Part shown: piece by piece, positions 37,700-46,714 of the stretch
Layout of the letters: every line of letters starts with the position of its first letter
Position numbering within the stretch: the stretch's first letter is position 1
Virus record (IMG/VR): IMGVR_UViG_3300010383_000115
Coordinates: 1-47,093 of that record
Origin: a virus
Lineage: Duplodnaviria; Caudoviricetes
DNA: 47,093 nucleotides
Strand: one strand, 5' to 3'
The notes under the pieces: model-generated
Seen by the model: the letters and a program-made list of their open reading frames with translations, nothing else
Database searches by the model: none
What the model was told of the DNA's origin: nothing
Translations under genes and position numbers: made by a program

Positions 37700-38677
37700 T
37701 TAAAAAAGTGTCTTCGACTGAAGTATCAGGTGTGCATTTTTTACATTTTTCACCATGGTATCGAAGTAGCTTTTCTTCAATTCAAATGCAACTGCTTTCC
37801 TCCCCATCAGAACACACTGATAAGGTTCACTACCTATACCCCCGAAGAAGGTACCTACCGTGTCGCCTGGATTAGTATAAAGTATATTCAGTCTTTCTAT
37901 AGTGTCCAATTGCAAAGGGCATATGTGTTTTTCATCCTTATCTTCTCTTGCAATGGCAGCATTTAATGTTTTGCTGTAATCTATATCCATCCACACCGGT
38001 TTGATATATTTTTGCAACACGTTTGCAGGTAGTGATGAAAATGCCTCTTCTGATATTAGCGGCAAGATCATTTCAACATCTTTCGTTATGTTGTCAAACT
38101 GCCAAACTGGTGATGCGTATTCCTGCCATTGATCTACAGTTATAGGGCATTTTACTGGGTTATCTCTATTACCGTCTTTCCTGAATACCAGAACATAATC
38201 AGGAATACCTACACGGCTCATAGTGCTGTCTTTTTTCACTTGCTTGTGCAATAACCCTAGTGCTTTAGTTCTCTGCATTTCTACAACAGGATTCTTCCAT
38301 ATGGTGATACGACTATGGTATATAAACCCAACATTCTCCATCATCTTTATCAATAAGCCTGAAAAATCCCTAAGACCGATATACCCATGTTTACCTTTCT
38401 GTATCGGTATATCCATGCAGTGAATAGCTACATTTTTCCCCTCACGCATTACCCTATATACTTCAGGGAATAGATAGCTAATATGCCATTCAAATTCATC
38501 ATATGATCTACAGTTACCCATATCTCTAGGGTCATTACTATAAGTATATAATTCAGGGAAGGGAGGACTCCATACAGAGAAATCTAAACTATCATCAGGT
38601 AACATTTTTGCTCCTTCTACACAATCCCCATGTATTAATGTTGCATTAGGCAACTCTACTGTACGCATATTTTCCAT
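37700..38677 (-). CDS. N4-cytosine/N6-adenine DNA methyltransferase (beta class)
   Basis: SPPF motif IV precedes HICPLQ and FGGIGS motif I. Confidence 0.9.
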   Translation of the reverse strand: MENMRTVELPNATLIHGDCVEGAKMLPDDSLDFSVWSPPFPELYTYSNDPRDMGNCRSYDEFEWHISYLFPEVYRVMREGKNVAIHCMDIPIQKGKHGYIGLRDFSGLLIKMMENVGFIYHSRITIWKNPVVEMQRTKALGLLHKQVKKDSTMSRVGIPDYVLVFRKDGNRDNPVKCPITVDQWQEYASPVWQFDNITKDVEMILPLISEEAFSSLPANVLQKYIKPVWMDIDYSKTLNAAIAREDKDEKHICPLQLDTIERLNILYTNPGDTVGTFFGGIGSEPYQCVLMGRKAVAFELKKSYFDTMVKNVKNAHLILQSKTLF

Positions 38678-39953
38678 ATTTGCTTAAAGTGTGTTTATTC
38701 ATCATTGCCAGCATTTTTTCATGCTGCATTTGCTTCCTCCTGAATGATGTCAGTACATTCTCCATCGTATCGGTTGTAACCAGGTAAATATTAACATCAT
38801 GCTCCTGACCAAAACGTAAGCTCCTGCGTACACCTTGGTAAATTTTTTCATAAGAATGATCTGGAGATGCGAAGATTTGATTATGGCAATTCTGATAGTT
38901 CATCCCGAAAGAAGCTATCTTGGTTTTGGTTATTAATACTCTGAATTCATTATTCGCAAACCCTAGCAAGTGCTTTAATTTAAAAGTGTCTTTGTCGCTT
39001 CCTTTTACCTCAATAGCATCTTTTATGTTCTTTCTAAGTATAGGGCCGTCGTCATTTTGTTCTATCCAAATGATGAAATTGTCATCATTGCTGTTGGCAA
39101 TCTTTACCACTTCTTCTATCCGGCTTAACCTGGTAATCTTTACTTCTTTATGGAAATTGGTTGCAGATACAGCTACATCATTATATAGAAGACCATTATC
39201 CCTGTTTTCTGTGATGATTTGCTTTTCAATGAATCTTAGCTCTGGTAATACATAGCCATCGTCACTAAACCCTATGTCAGATGGCTTAGAGTACATAAGA
39301 GCCCAGTCACATACCCAATTGTAAAAAGTATCTTCAGCGTGTCCTTTTATCCTCCATTTAGCTGTTTCTCCTCCATCATGAATAAAGTAAGTAGCTAGCA
39401 TTTCATTACGGTTCATCCATCCCAGGAATTCAGAATGATTACCTAGCTCCATAGGGTCATTTGGTGATGGCGTAGCGCTACAACATAGCTTGAAATGAGT
39501 ATTACGGAACTTATTATTTAAAAGGTTACGGTATGCTCCTTCGTGGTTCTTAAGTATAGAACTTTCATCTAAAAACACGCCTCCGTACAATTCAGGATCG
39601 ATATTCTCCAGCTGTTCATAATTCGTTATCTGAATGTTACCGTTGCCGGCGTTATTAACTTCTATACCGAATTTTTGCCCCTCTTGAATAGTTTGCCCGG
39701 TAACTGCAAACGGGGCAAAACCTATAACTGGTTTTCCTGTTTTGATACTTACCATTCTAGCCCATTCCAATTGCTGTAAAGTCTTACCCAACCCACAATC
39801 TTCAAATAAGGCAAATGACCCTTTATGTAATGCCACCTTCACACTGAACCGCTGGAAATCCTTCATATATCCATTTAGGTCAGATTCATCAACTAAAAAT
39901 CCTCTGCTATTGATGCTTACTTGCTTTTGACGTATGAAATCTTTGTAATCCAT
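38646..39953 (-). CDS. SF2 (SNF2-like) helicase
   Basis: DCGLGKT, LDESS, SATP, Q...R..RFGQ; ATG 39953 preferred as start. Confidence 0.88.
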   Translation of the reverse strand: MDYKDFIRQKQVSINSRGFLVDESDLNGYMKDFQRFSVKVALHKGSFALFEDCGLGKTLQQLEWARMVSIKTGKPVIGFAPFAVTGQTIQEGQKFGIEVNNAGNGNIQITNYEQLENIDPELYGGVFLDESSILKNHEGAYRNLLNNKFRNTHFKLCCSATPSPNDPMELGNHSEFLGWMNRNEMLATYFIHDGGETAKWRIKGHAEDTFYNWVCDWALMYSKPSDIGFSDDGYVLPELRFIEKQIITENRDNGLLYNDVAVSATNFHKEVKITRLSRIEEVVKIANSNDDNFIIWIEQNDDGPILRKNIKDAIEVKGSDKDTFKLKHLLGFANNEFRVLITKTKIASFGMNYQNCHNQIFASPDHSYEKIYQGVRRSLRFGQEHDVNIYLVTTDTMENVLTSFRRKQMQHEKMLAMMNKHTLSKYGKYAYSRVA

Positions 39954-39968
39954 TCTCTTTCTTATTTG

Positions 39969-40010
39969 CACCTGCTCTGGTCTCGAACCAGAGAGATTGC
40001 CAATCAGGTA
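39969..40010 (-). ncRNA. tRNA minihelix-like element (acceptor-like stem plus T-arm)
   Basis: TACCTG-attggcaatct-CTCTGG-TTCGAGA-CCAGAG-CAGGTG. Confidence 0.5.
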
Positions 40011-40014
40011 TTTT

Positions 40015-40782
40015 TTAGGCTGCTGCCTGCAGGTATTTGTTTTTCTTCTTACTCAGGGTGTTCACTGTATCTGTTGGATCTTCTTTGAAATCCCATATCA
40101 GGAATTGTCCTTCACGTACTACGCCGCCAGCCTTCTCCAACTTTTCAGAAATCTGTTCTTTCAAACCATCATCGTAATGGCCGGGTGCCAGGATGATTTT
40201 GTTTTCTTTGACCTTTGCCCACATAAGTGCGCCAGCTATAGAACTGAAAGCAGTAGGACGCTGGTTGTCAAGTTCCTGTTCTACATTATCAGGATGGAAT
40301 ATCTCTCCCGGTTGTACCGTACCGTATTTACCGTCAACCAGGTAAGCAAGCACTTCTTTGTTACAGGCATCAATGTCAGCATTCAGCTTACCGATGTTAT
40401 CATAGGTATTTTCTCCGGTTTCCCATTTAAGGAAAGGCGTATTCAGCGTTATCTGCCTGTTGGATGATATTTTACGCTGGCCGGTGATGGTGATTCCTTC
40501 TTTCTCATCTTCACCGTCAAGGGTATATCCACGAGCTTCAATGTTGAGAGAGTCTAACTGGCCCTCTGCATCGTACTGTTCAGTAAGAGCTGCGATGTGT
40601 GGCGCTAAGCGATTGAAGGCAGCTATAAGGTCTGGATGTGGATTGATCGGGCTTTCTCTCTTATCCCTGAATGGAGCTTTCGCAGTTTGTTCTTCGAAGT
40701 GTATCTCCATGTGCCATCCATCCTTGTCTTTACCTTTTGGCTTGACAAGCTTTGCTTTAAGAATTGTGATCTGTTTTTCCAT
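40015..40782 (-). CDS. Conserved phage hypothetical protein
   Basis: HPDL...LNTP...AYL motifs; long ORF in the operon. Confidence 0.65.
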   Translation of the reverse strand: MEKQITILKAKLVKPKGKDKDGWHMEIHFEEQTAKAPFRDKRESPINPHPDLIAAFNRLAPHIAALTEQYDAEGQLDSLNIEARGYTLDGEDEKEGITITGQRKISSNRQITLNTPFLKWETGENTYDNIGKLNADIDACNKEVLAYLVDGKYGTVQPGEIFHPDNVEQELDNQRPTAFSSIAGALMWAKVKENKIILAPGHYDDGLKEQISEKLEKAGGVVREGQFLIWDFKEDPTDTVNTLSKKKNKYLQAAA

Positions 40783-40964
40783 TTATAATGATTGTTTAGT
40801 GATCTTTAAAAAGTGCTGGCCTTTCACCAGCTCGCGGAAGCCTCCGTTAGCTAAAAGGGAATACGTAACCCTATCCCTAATCCTGAACTGTTTCACCGTC
40901 ACGTGGTGCCTGCCCCTTGGCCTTACGGCTTCGACTGGTCTATTGGCTATCTGCCTTGAACGTG

Positions 40965-41052
40965 TGGGAATGACAGGATTCGAACCTGTACGAGCCCAGA
41001 TAGTGCGCACTACCTTCGCATCTTAAGCGTCTACCTCTTCCGCCACATTCCC
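40965..41052 (-). tRNA. tRNA-Leu-like RNA with non-canonical anticodon arm (pseudo-tRNA)
   Basis: GGGAATG/CATTCCC acceptor, A discriminator, GCGGAAGAGGTAGACGC D-arm, ACAGG-TTCGAAT-CCTGT T-arm; no canonical anticodon stem-loop; no encoded CCA. Confidence 0.7.
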
Positions 41053-41135
41053 AGTCGCAGCCGTATTTTTGCATCTCCGTTAGTTTACTCTGGTTATTAA
41101 TACGGCTGCTGCTTTGTATGTCAATTTTCATTACC

Positions 41136-41456
41136 TCAATCCATAGGCTGACCTCCAGTTTTATTGTGATAAAGAACTTCCATATTAAGATCCTTGGCTA
41201 TCATATGCTCCATTTTTGCACCTCTGCTATCTGTCCAATTTGGCAGCATGTATATAGCGTGGCAGTCCATTAATATTTTTATGTCATTCTTCATGTATTC
41301 TTCCCATGACATATCAGGGTTTTCTGAGACTAACTCCATAGGATTTATAGGCAGATGGCCCATCTCTTTAACGATCGAGCTCCCTAAATCAAAAAGCTCC
41401 CTTGCTACTCGAATATCAAGCCCAGTAATTTTCCCGCTTATGTAAACTCGCTTCAT
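41136..41456 (-). CDS. DUF4406 / nucleoside deoxyribosyltransferase-like protein
   Basis: VYISGKITG...INP...W..S.GA..E. Confidence 0.85.
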   Translation of the reverse strand: MKRVYISGKITGLDIRVARELFDLGSSIVKEMGHLPINPMELVSENPDMSWEEYMKNDIKILMDCHAIYMLPNWTDSRGAKMEHMIAKDLNMEVLYHNKTGGQPMD

Positions 41457-41466
41457 ATTGGTTGTT

Positions 41467-41856
41467 TTAGTTTATCCTATTCTTGTATTTTGCAACGCCC
41501 TTAGCCCTTGCTTCTTCCGGATGTGTTTCTGCACGCCTGTTACAATTATTACAGGCAGGTATTTTATTTGATATATCAGTTAGAAGTTTCCCTGTTCTCC
41601 CTTTTAAATGCTGAACCCCTTGAGCAAACCTTGTGCAACCCTTTAAATTCATTTGGCAGTAGATATTATCAGTGCGTATCTTCCTGTTCTGCTTCTGATC
41701 TACCCTGTTTTCTTTGGCACGCTTCTTACTTTCACGGGGAATTTTATAAGGCTCCTTTTGTTCGACATCTTTTTTATGTGGCTTTACCAAACTCCAGTGA
41801 GGGAGACAGTAATCGTTAATAACCCCCGGTGCGTTACATCCTTTCCACTTACACAT
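41467..41856 (-). CDS. HNH-like zinc-binding protein
   Basis: CQ....GC....H.KGR...ACNNC. Confidence 0.6.
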   Translation of the reverse strand: MCKWKGCNAPGVINDYCLPHWSLVKPHKKDVEQKEPYKIPRESKKRAKENRVDQKQNRKIRTDNIYCQMNLKGCTRFAQGVQHLKGRTGKLLTDISNKIPACNNCNRRAETHPEEARAKGVAKYKNRIN

Positions 41857-41858
41857 TG

Positions 41859-42296
41859 CTAATCGTTTTTGAAATCAATAGTTAATGGTTCATTCGGTTG
41901 TGGTATGATAAGATCAAGAAAGGTGTTTGACCACCGCTGTATCTTGTCCAGGTATTCCATAAATTCTCCGGTAGATAAGATGCCAGTACTCTGTACCAAT
42001 TCGTCAACAACACCGTGCTCATTATATACCTCCTTAGTATTGAATCGAGCCTTAAGAGCTTCGTGGGTATCCTGAAGAGAAAATTCATTACCTAGCTGCA
42101 AAAGACGATCACGAACAAGCGGTATAACCACACCCCAGTAGTAAGCATTCTGATTTGTACTACGCTTCTTTTTACGTCGCTCTATCTTGAGGGTAAACTT
42201 CCCGTTCTTGTTTTGTTCAAACCACTGTGTTAAATGGTATCGGTTGACAATATGAGCGGCACCATCCTTATCTACAAAACCGTTCAGCTCTAACAT
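41859..42296 (-). CDS. NinB/YbcN-like recombination protein
   Basis: RSTNQNAYYWG...ST..LS..EF..Y. Confidence 0.7.
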   Translation of the reverse strand: MLELNGFVDKDGAAHIVNRYHLTQWFEQNKNGKFTLKIERRKKKRSTNQNAYYWGVVIPLVRDRLLQLGNEFSLQDTHEALKARFNTKEVYNEHGVVDELVQSTGILSTGEFMEYLDKIQRWSNTFLDLIIPQPNEPLTIDFKND

Positions 42297-42664
42297 TATT
42301 CACCGCTTAAGTACTTCAGGAAATTGTTTGAATACTCGGATATCTTATTAAGTTCAATCTTACCAGCACAAGCTAGCTCTACAGCACATTTAAGAGACAC
42401 CCGCTTATTTTCATGCAGGGGGTTAACCTTAGGGCCACCAAATCCTTTATTAGCTGGTTTGATATAGAAATTTGTGTACCCATTTTTCTCTTTCTTTTCG
42501 ATGATATACTCTATCTCGCTACCTTCGTTGAAAGCACTCTGAGTAGTAGCATTGGAAAAATATTCTCCCTTATCCCCATTATCCATTGTAATCTCGAAGA
42601 TTCCTTTACCCTGCCATTCTCTTTTAAATATTACGGTGCGTACTATTGATTTTTTATTTTCCAT
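42296..42664 (-). CDS. Possible OB-fold ssDNA-binding protein
   Basis: Beta-rich N-terminus, next to a nuclease; weak call. Confidence 0.45.
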   Translation of the reverse strand: MENKKSIVRTVIFKREWQGKGIFEITMDNGDKGEYFSNATTQSAFNEGSEIEYIIEKKEKNGYTNFYIKPANKGFGGPKVNPLHENKRVSLKCAVELACAGKIELNKISEYSNNFLKYLSGE

Positions 42665-42667
42665 TGG

Positions 42668-43420
42668 TTACAGTTTATGTTTTAGTTGATAAGAGAGATT
42701 ACGTGGTTTCATATCCTTGTTTTCTTCACGCCATGTGGCATATACACTGTTAAAAACTGCCCAGTAGTGATCTATGCTATATTCCGGTTCATAAAGCTTC
42801 CAGCCGATACCCTGAACATTCTTTTCGGTACCCTCAGTTCTGATCTTAGCATTAAGCCATAGCGTACCGATATGGTCTATCTTCCGGGTGTTTACCTCAT
42901 TCCACATCTTAGCATAGGCCGCTTGCTGTAACCAGTAGTGATTGTGGATAGCGTTTGAAGTCTTAATGTCTATCAGGTATAGCTTACCGTTGAATTCAAA
43001 CACCCTGTCAAGTGTTCCGGCAAACCCGTAGCGTGGCGATATGTAGTGCATCTCATTAGCTACGATGGTAAACTTTTGATACCTGGTTCTAAAATCAACA
43101 TACCGTTCAAACATGGCCCATTCGATTTGCTTATACTTAGGCTTGTTCCACTGGTCCAGTATAGAGCACTCTGCCCCATTATCATAATCTTCACAGAGCT
43201 GGTGAACGTTCGACCCTTTACGGCCTGCTTCGTCCCTTATTTCGTCGGCATCTTCACCGGTACGCTTTAACCATTCATAGAAGGCAGCACTCTTTGGATA
43301 TGCATCCAGTATGGTAGTAACAGATGGGTAATAGTTCCCATTATCATGCAGGTAAAACCTGCTATCTAAAAACTCAATCCTGTTTTTGTCCAGGTCTATG
43401 CGTTGAAATTCTCTTGCCAT
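42668..43420 (-). CDS. PD-(D/E)xK exonuclease
   Basis: YPSVTTIL, G..VH, AGTLD, IDIKTS, Q.AAY. Confidence 0.85.
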   Translation of the reverse strand: MAREFQRIDLDKNRIEFLDSRFYLHDNGNYYPSVTTILDAYPKSAAFYEWLKRTGEDADEIRDEAGRKGSNVHQLCEDYDNGAECSILDQWNKPKYKQIEWAMFERYVDFRTRYQKFTIVANEMHYISPRYGFAGTLDRVFEFNGKLYLIDIKTSNAIHNHYWLQQAAYAKMWNEVNTRKIDHIGTLWLNAKIRTEGTEKNVQGIGWKLYEPEYSIDHYWAVFNSVYATWREENKDMKPRNLSYQLKHKL

Positions 43421-43545
43421 TATTTTCTTTTATCGTTTTTATCCATCTGTAAGTACTGCCAGGCTCCAACTACAACACATCCGAAGAAGAAGCAAAGCCC
43501 GTGAGTCAATACCAGAATTATTTCCTGTGATGTGATATCCAGCAT
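43420..43545 (-). CDS. 41-aa single-pass membrane protein
   Basis: Hand-translated MLDITSQEIILVLTHGLCFFFGCVVVGAWQYLQMDKNDKRK; TAATG coupling. Confidence 0.55.
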   Translation of the reverse strand: MLDITSQEIILVLTHGLCFFFGCVVVGAWQYLQMDKNDKRK

Positions 43546-43547
43546 GG

Positions 43548-44141
43548 CTATTGAGTTACGGTAGGCATTAGCAGGCTTTCATAATATTTAATATCCCGAT
43601 CGTATTTTTCAATCTTAGTAACCACGCTAGCACGTGACGGGGCATTATCTTTCAGTTCAGAAAGTTTCTTCTTTTCCTCATCTAACCACTTTTGGTGCAA
43701 CCTGATACGCTTTGTAACACAATCATTGTATGCGTCAGATATATCATATAGCAGTTCTGTTTCATTAAGCTGTGCTGTTAGCTTTGCTATCTCCTTTTCG
43801 ATTCGAGCTTTGCGAAGCATAAGCATGTTCTGCTCTATTTCAGAAAGATGCATTGTGTATAGCTTAGCAAATGCTATGCACTGGGATTTATAATCAGTAG
43901 TTGACCATACTCTTTCTGCATAATCGAAGCATTTCTGAAAAACACCTTCTATATTCTCAATAGCTTCTTCGAAGTATTCCACCTCATCAGGATCACCCGA
44001 ATAATGTAGTATCGCTTTATCCCCATCAAGCTCCATGATCTTGTTATCTTCATAAATTCCCATGTAAAAGGAAAGCGTCTCCTCATTGCTGCCTAGTGAA
44101 TATCTGCCTACATGGTTCTGTGTTACTTTTATAAGTTTCAT
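43548..44141 (-). CDS. Hypothetical coiled-coil protein
   Basis: ORF. Confidence 0.6.
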   Translation of the reverse strand: MKLIKVTQNHVGRYSLGSNEETLSFYMGIYEDNKIMELDGDKAILHYSGDPDEVEYFEEAIENIEGVFQKCFDYAERVWSTTDYKSQCIAFAKLYTMHLSEIEQNMLMLRKARIEKEIAKLTAQLNETELLYDISDAYNDCVTKRIRLHQKWLDEEKKKLSELKDNAPSRASVVTKIEKYDRDIKYYESLLMPTVTQ

Positions 44142-44181
44142 TGATTAATGATTTTATGTGTGAATGATTTATTTTCTACCG

Positions 44182-44595
44182 TTACGCCGGTTCTCCCACT
44201 TCCAATACTTTACTGCGATCATAACGAGGAAAGAATGCGCCGTTATAACCACGATTGAGAGGCCCGTAAACACTGTGATTATCAAAAAGAAGATCTTGTA
44301 CAGCATGCTGAAGAATGGTTTTGAATTCAGGAAATGAGGTTAAGTTGATAATGCCACCAGCGTGCAGCATCATGAGCATTGTGGGAGCGTCCATATCTGC
44401 AGTTGTAAACTCTAATACAGCCTTGCCTGATTTATTTACCGTTACCCAGTTATGATAGAAGATTAATTCTGTTTCTCCACGCTCAAACTCTATTCGTTTA
44501 TGCATCTGTGTAGTGATGCAGTAATTACATTCGGCGAGTGCTTCGCATATCTCCTGTGGTACAGGTAGTACAATTGTTACATCCAGCTTTCTCAT
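44182..44595 (-). CDS. Hypothetical protein
   Basis: ORF. Confidence 0.6.
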   Translation of the reverse strand: MRKLDVTIVLPVPQEICEALAECNYCITTQMHKRIEFERGETELIFYHNWVTVNKSGKAVLEFTTADMDAPTMLMMLHAGGIINLTSFPEFKTILQHAVQDLLFDNHSVYGPLNRGYNGAFFPRYDRSKVLEVGEPA

Positions 44596-44598
44596 GGC

Positions 44599-45069
44599 TT
44601 AATCCAGTTTACCTGTTATTTGCAGAATGTGATCTATGTATTGTGGTTCTGGCTTTAGTATTTTCCCGAGGGCACCGAATATATCAGGCAGGTCCATCAT
44701 GCTGGTACGCTTCTCCTTTCTGTTTATTAAATCAGAAAGAAGAGAGTTCATTTCAACCGACATACGCATGTTGCTATACCAATCATAAAAATCAACTGGT
44801 GCAGTATTTTCATGATCGTTACCTGTAACCCAAACTTTATTTTTGTCACCCTTAACGAAATCATATAGCTCAGACATGCGAACTTCTTTTTCGATGTAGC
44901 TTTCTGATTCATCACCGGGGATATAACATTGGCATGTTAGTACTCCGAAAGGAAGAGAGGCCTGAATATCTGCGCACTCTGTGTAGAAATCAACTACTAA
45001 CTTGGCTGATTGATTTTGTTTAGCTACTTTTGACATACAATTTGTTTTTAACATTTTTGAATAGCCCAC
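44599..45069 (-). CDS. Hypothetical protein (true start may be a downstream ATG)
   Basis: ORF; the GTG start lies inside a hairpin. Confidence 0.55.
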   Translation of the reverse strand: MGYSKMLKTNCMSKVAKQNQSAKLVVDFYTECADIQASLPFGVLTCQCYIPGDESESYIEKEVRMSELYDFVKGDKNKVWVTGNDHENTAPVDFYDWYSNMRMSVEMNSLLSDLINRKEKRTSMMDLPDIFGALGKILKPEPQYIDHILQITGKLD

Positions 45070-45087
45070 CCCGCCAGGTGGGTTGTT

Positions 45088-45303
45088 TTATTTTTGAGAA
45101 AATCTTTTGTTCCTTTTTTCAAGCCTATCCTGAACATCGAATTGTGTCAGTGGCTTTTTGCTACCCCCTTTAGGGGAAGCGGGGACGATACCCGCTTCAT
45201 CGTTCTCGTGTAGCATCTTATCTAACATGGCTGCTCCTTTAGTGAAGAAGGATTTGCCCTGTTCAAAAAATATTTTCAGTTTAGTAATTTCAGCAGGTGA
45301 CAT
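45088..45303 (-). CDS. Hypothetical protein
   Basis: TAATG-coupled to the cro-like gene. Confidence 0.55.
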   Translation of the reverse strand: MSPAEITKLKIFFEQGKSFFTKGAAMLDKMLHENDEAGIVPASPKGGSKKPLTQFDVQDRLEKRNKRFSQK

Positions 45304-45554
45304 TAGGCAGCGTGTTGTTTGATGATTTCATAAATGGCAACCCATGTATCAGGTTTACACCTTCCGCTATTCTTAAGAGTCGAAACAGTACTCCTACCAA
45401 AAGGCAGAACTGCTACAGCCCTTTGTACACCTCCACTGTTTTTTATGAAATCCTTGAATAGCTTTTTACCGTCACCATTAAGGGTTATTGATTTACCGTC
45501 ACCCTTACTTACATATTTCATTGCTTCTGTTATCACACCGTTAACTGGCTGCAT
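45303..45554 (-). CDS. Cro-like HTH regulator
   Basis: GGVQRAVAVLPFGRSTVSTLKNSG; divergent from cI. Confidence 0.65.
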   Translation of the reverse strand: MQPVNGVITEAMKYVSKGDGKSITLNGDGKKLFKDFIKNSGGVQRAVAVLPFGRSTVSTLKNSGRCKPDTWVAIYEIIKQHAA

Positions 45555-45627
45555 AGATTTGTTTTTTATTTACCTTAGCCCTTTACATTTGTGTATGTAA
45601 TGCTTGGGCATTGATTACGATGTAAAC

Positions 45628-45678
45628 TTAGAAACATTTTTCTAAACAAGCAACTATTTTACTGAAATATTTTTCTAA
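45628..45678. promoter_or_regulatory. Two putative repressor operators in the cI/cro switch
   Basis: TTAGAAA-catt-TTTCTAA (45628-45645) and ACTGAAA-tatt-TTTCTAA (45661-45678). Confidence 0.65.
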
Positions 45679-46403
45679 TGCTAACAGATTTTCCTTCTGA
45701 TTTAAGGGACATAATCTCCAAGAAGCGTGATAGTAAAGGGATTAGCCAAGATGACATGGCTATGAAAATTAATAAGCTTTTGCCAGAAGGAGCTAGTAAA
45801 ATCAGCCAAAAGAGCTATTCAAATATTGAAAACGGTACTATTAAACGTCCAAAAAGTGAATATCTGCAGGCTATCGCTGAAATATTAGAAATGCAAAAAG
45901 AGCTTGAGAAATATATTTCTAAACCAAAGGAAGTAATCGCACTAGGGAAAAGGGTACCCATGAGATTGAAAGAAGAAGAGTTTGCAGATGCGTTCCCGGA
46001 TTGGAAGGGGTTGCCGTTTTACAATACACCGGTTACAGCATCCTTTGTCGAAACATATAGAGATGAGCATGTTTTTACCCCTCAGTTCTTTGTACGTGAT
46101 CCCAGGTTTAAAGATTGCGACTTCGCAGCAATCGTCACCGGGGATAGCATGCATAGCGAGATAAGGCATGGAGATTACATCATCTGCAAAGAAATTGTTG
46201 ACAGGCGATTTATTGTGTACGGAGATATCTACTACGTGATTGCCACTAATGGCCTGGAGACATGCAAGTACATAAACGCAGATACAGAAGACAGGAATAA
46301 CTACATGCTTGTGGCAAAAAATGAGCATATCAGCCCGGCACCGTTGCCCAAAGACATGGTTTTAAAACTTTATAAAGTAAAGGGGATTTTAAGAGGCTAT
46401 TAG
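45678..46403 (+). CDS. cI: CI-like repressor (XRE HTH plus S24 peptidase)
   Basis: ISQDDMA...ISQKSYSNIENG; VTGDSM catalytic Ser; TCK Lys. Confidence 0.9.
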   Translation: MLTDFPSDLRDIISKKRDSKGISQDDMAMKINKLLPEGASKISQKSYSNIENGTIKRPKSEYLQAIAEILEMQKELEKYISKPKEVIALGKRVPMRLKEEEFADAFPDWKGLPFYNTPVTASFVETYRDEHVFTPQFFVRDPRFKDCDFAAIVTGDSMHSEIRHGDYIICKEIVDRRFIVYGDIYYVIATNGLETCKYINADTEDRNNYMLVAKNEHISPAPLPKDMVLKLYKVKGILRGY

Positions 46404-46554
46404 AAAATAGATTTTAAGGCATCAAATTTAGATTATCTACGAAAATCGATATCTACTACCAAACAAACGGTAAAACGCCAGCAACGTGAAGAAAACGAGC
46501 TGTTGTGGTTATTTTAAAGTTGTTGAAGTTCTTAAAAAAATCAGAAGCGCTATA

Positions 46555-46714
46555 TACTATACTTATGAACGATAGTGAATAAGTATAGTACTATTATATA
46601 CTCATATAATATATAGCATCAAAATTGAATCAATGAGCAAGCATTTTTGATGCTTGAGCAATGCTTTAGCATCTATTTTTAATGCTAAAGCATAAAATTT
46701 AAATACTTGAGCAT
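46555..46714. repeat. Inverted repeat plus five ATGCTnnAGCAT-type palindromes (putative origin)
   Basis: 12-bp IR at 46555-46566 and 46579-46590; copies at 46633, 46650, 46661, 46682, 46703. Confidence 0.65.

Noticed and set aside
41016-41018. Reading CGA as a Ser anticodon
   Set aside because: The flanking TAAGA and GTAGT do not pair and position 33 is not U
40783-41131. ORFs 40783-41010 and 40940-41131
   Set aside because: They overlap the tRNA-like and hairpin-rich RNA, which explains the sequence better
42668-43420. Cas4 or CRISPR adaptation role for the nuclease
   Set aside because: No Fe-S cysteine cluster and no cas context; it looks like an ordinary phage recombination exonuclease
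1732-44828. Numerous + strand ORFs of 60-190 aa in the ORF track
   Set aside because: They are antisense shadows of well-supported - strand genes and lack motifs; only the two ORFs at 14111-14504 were kept
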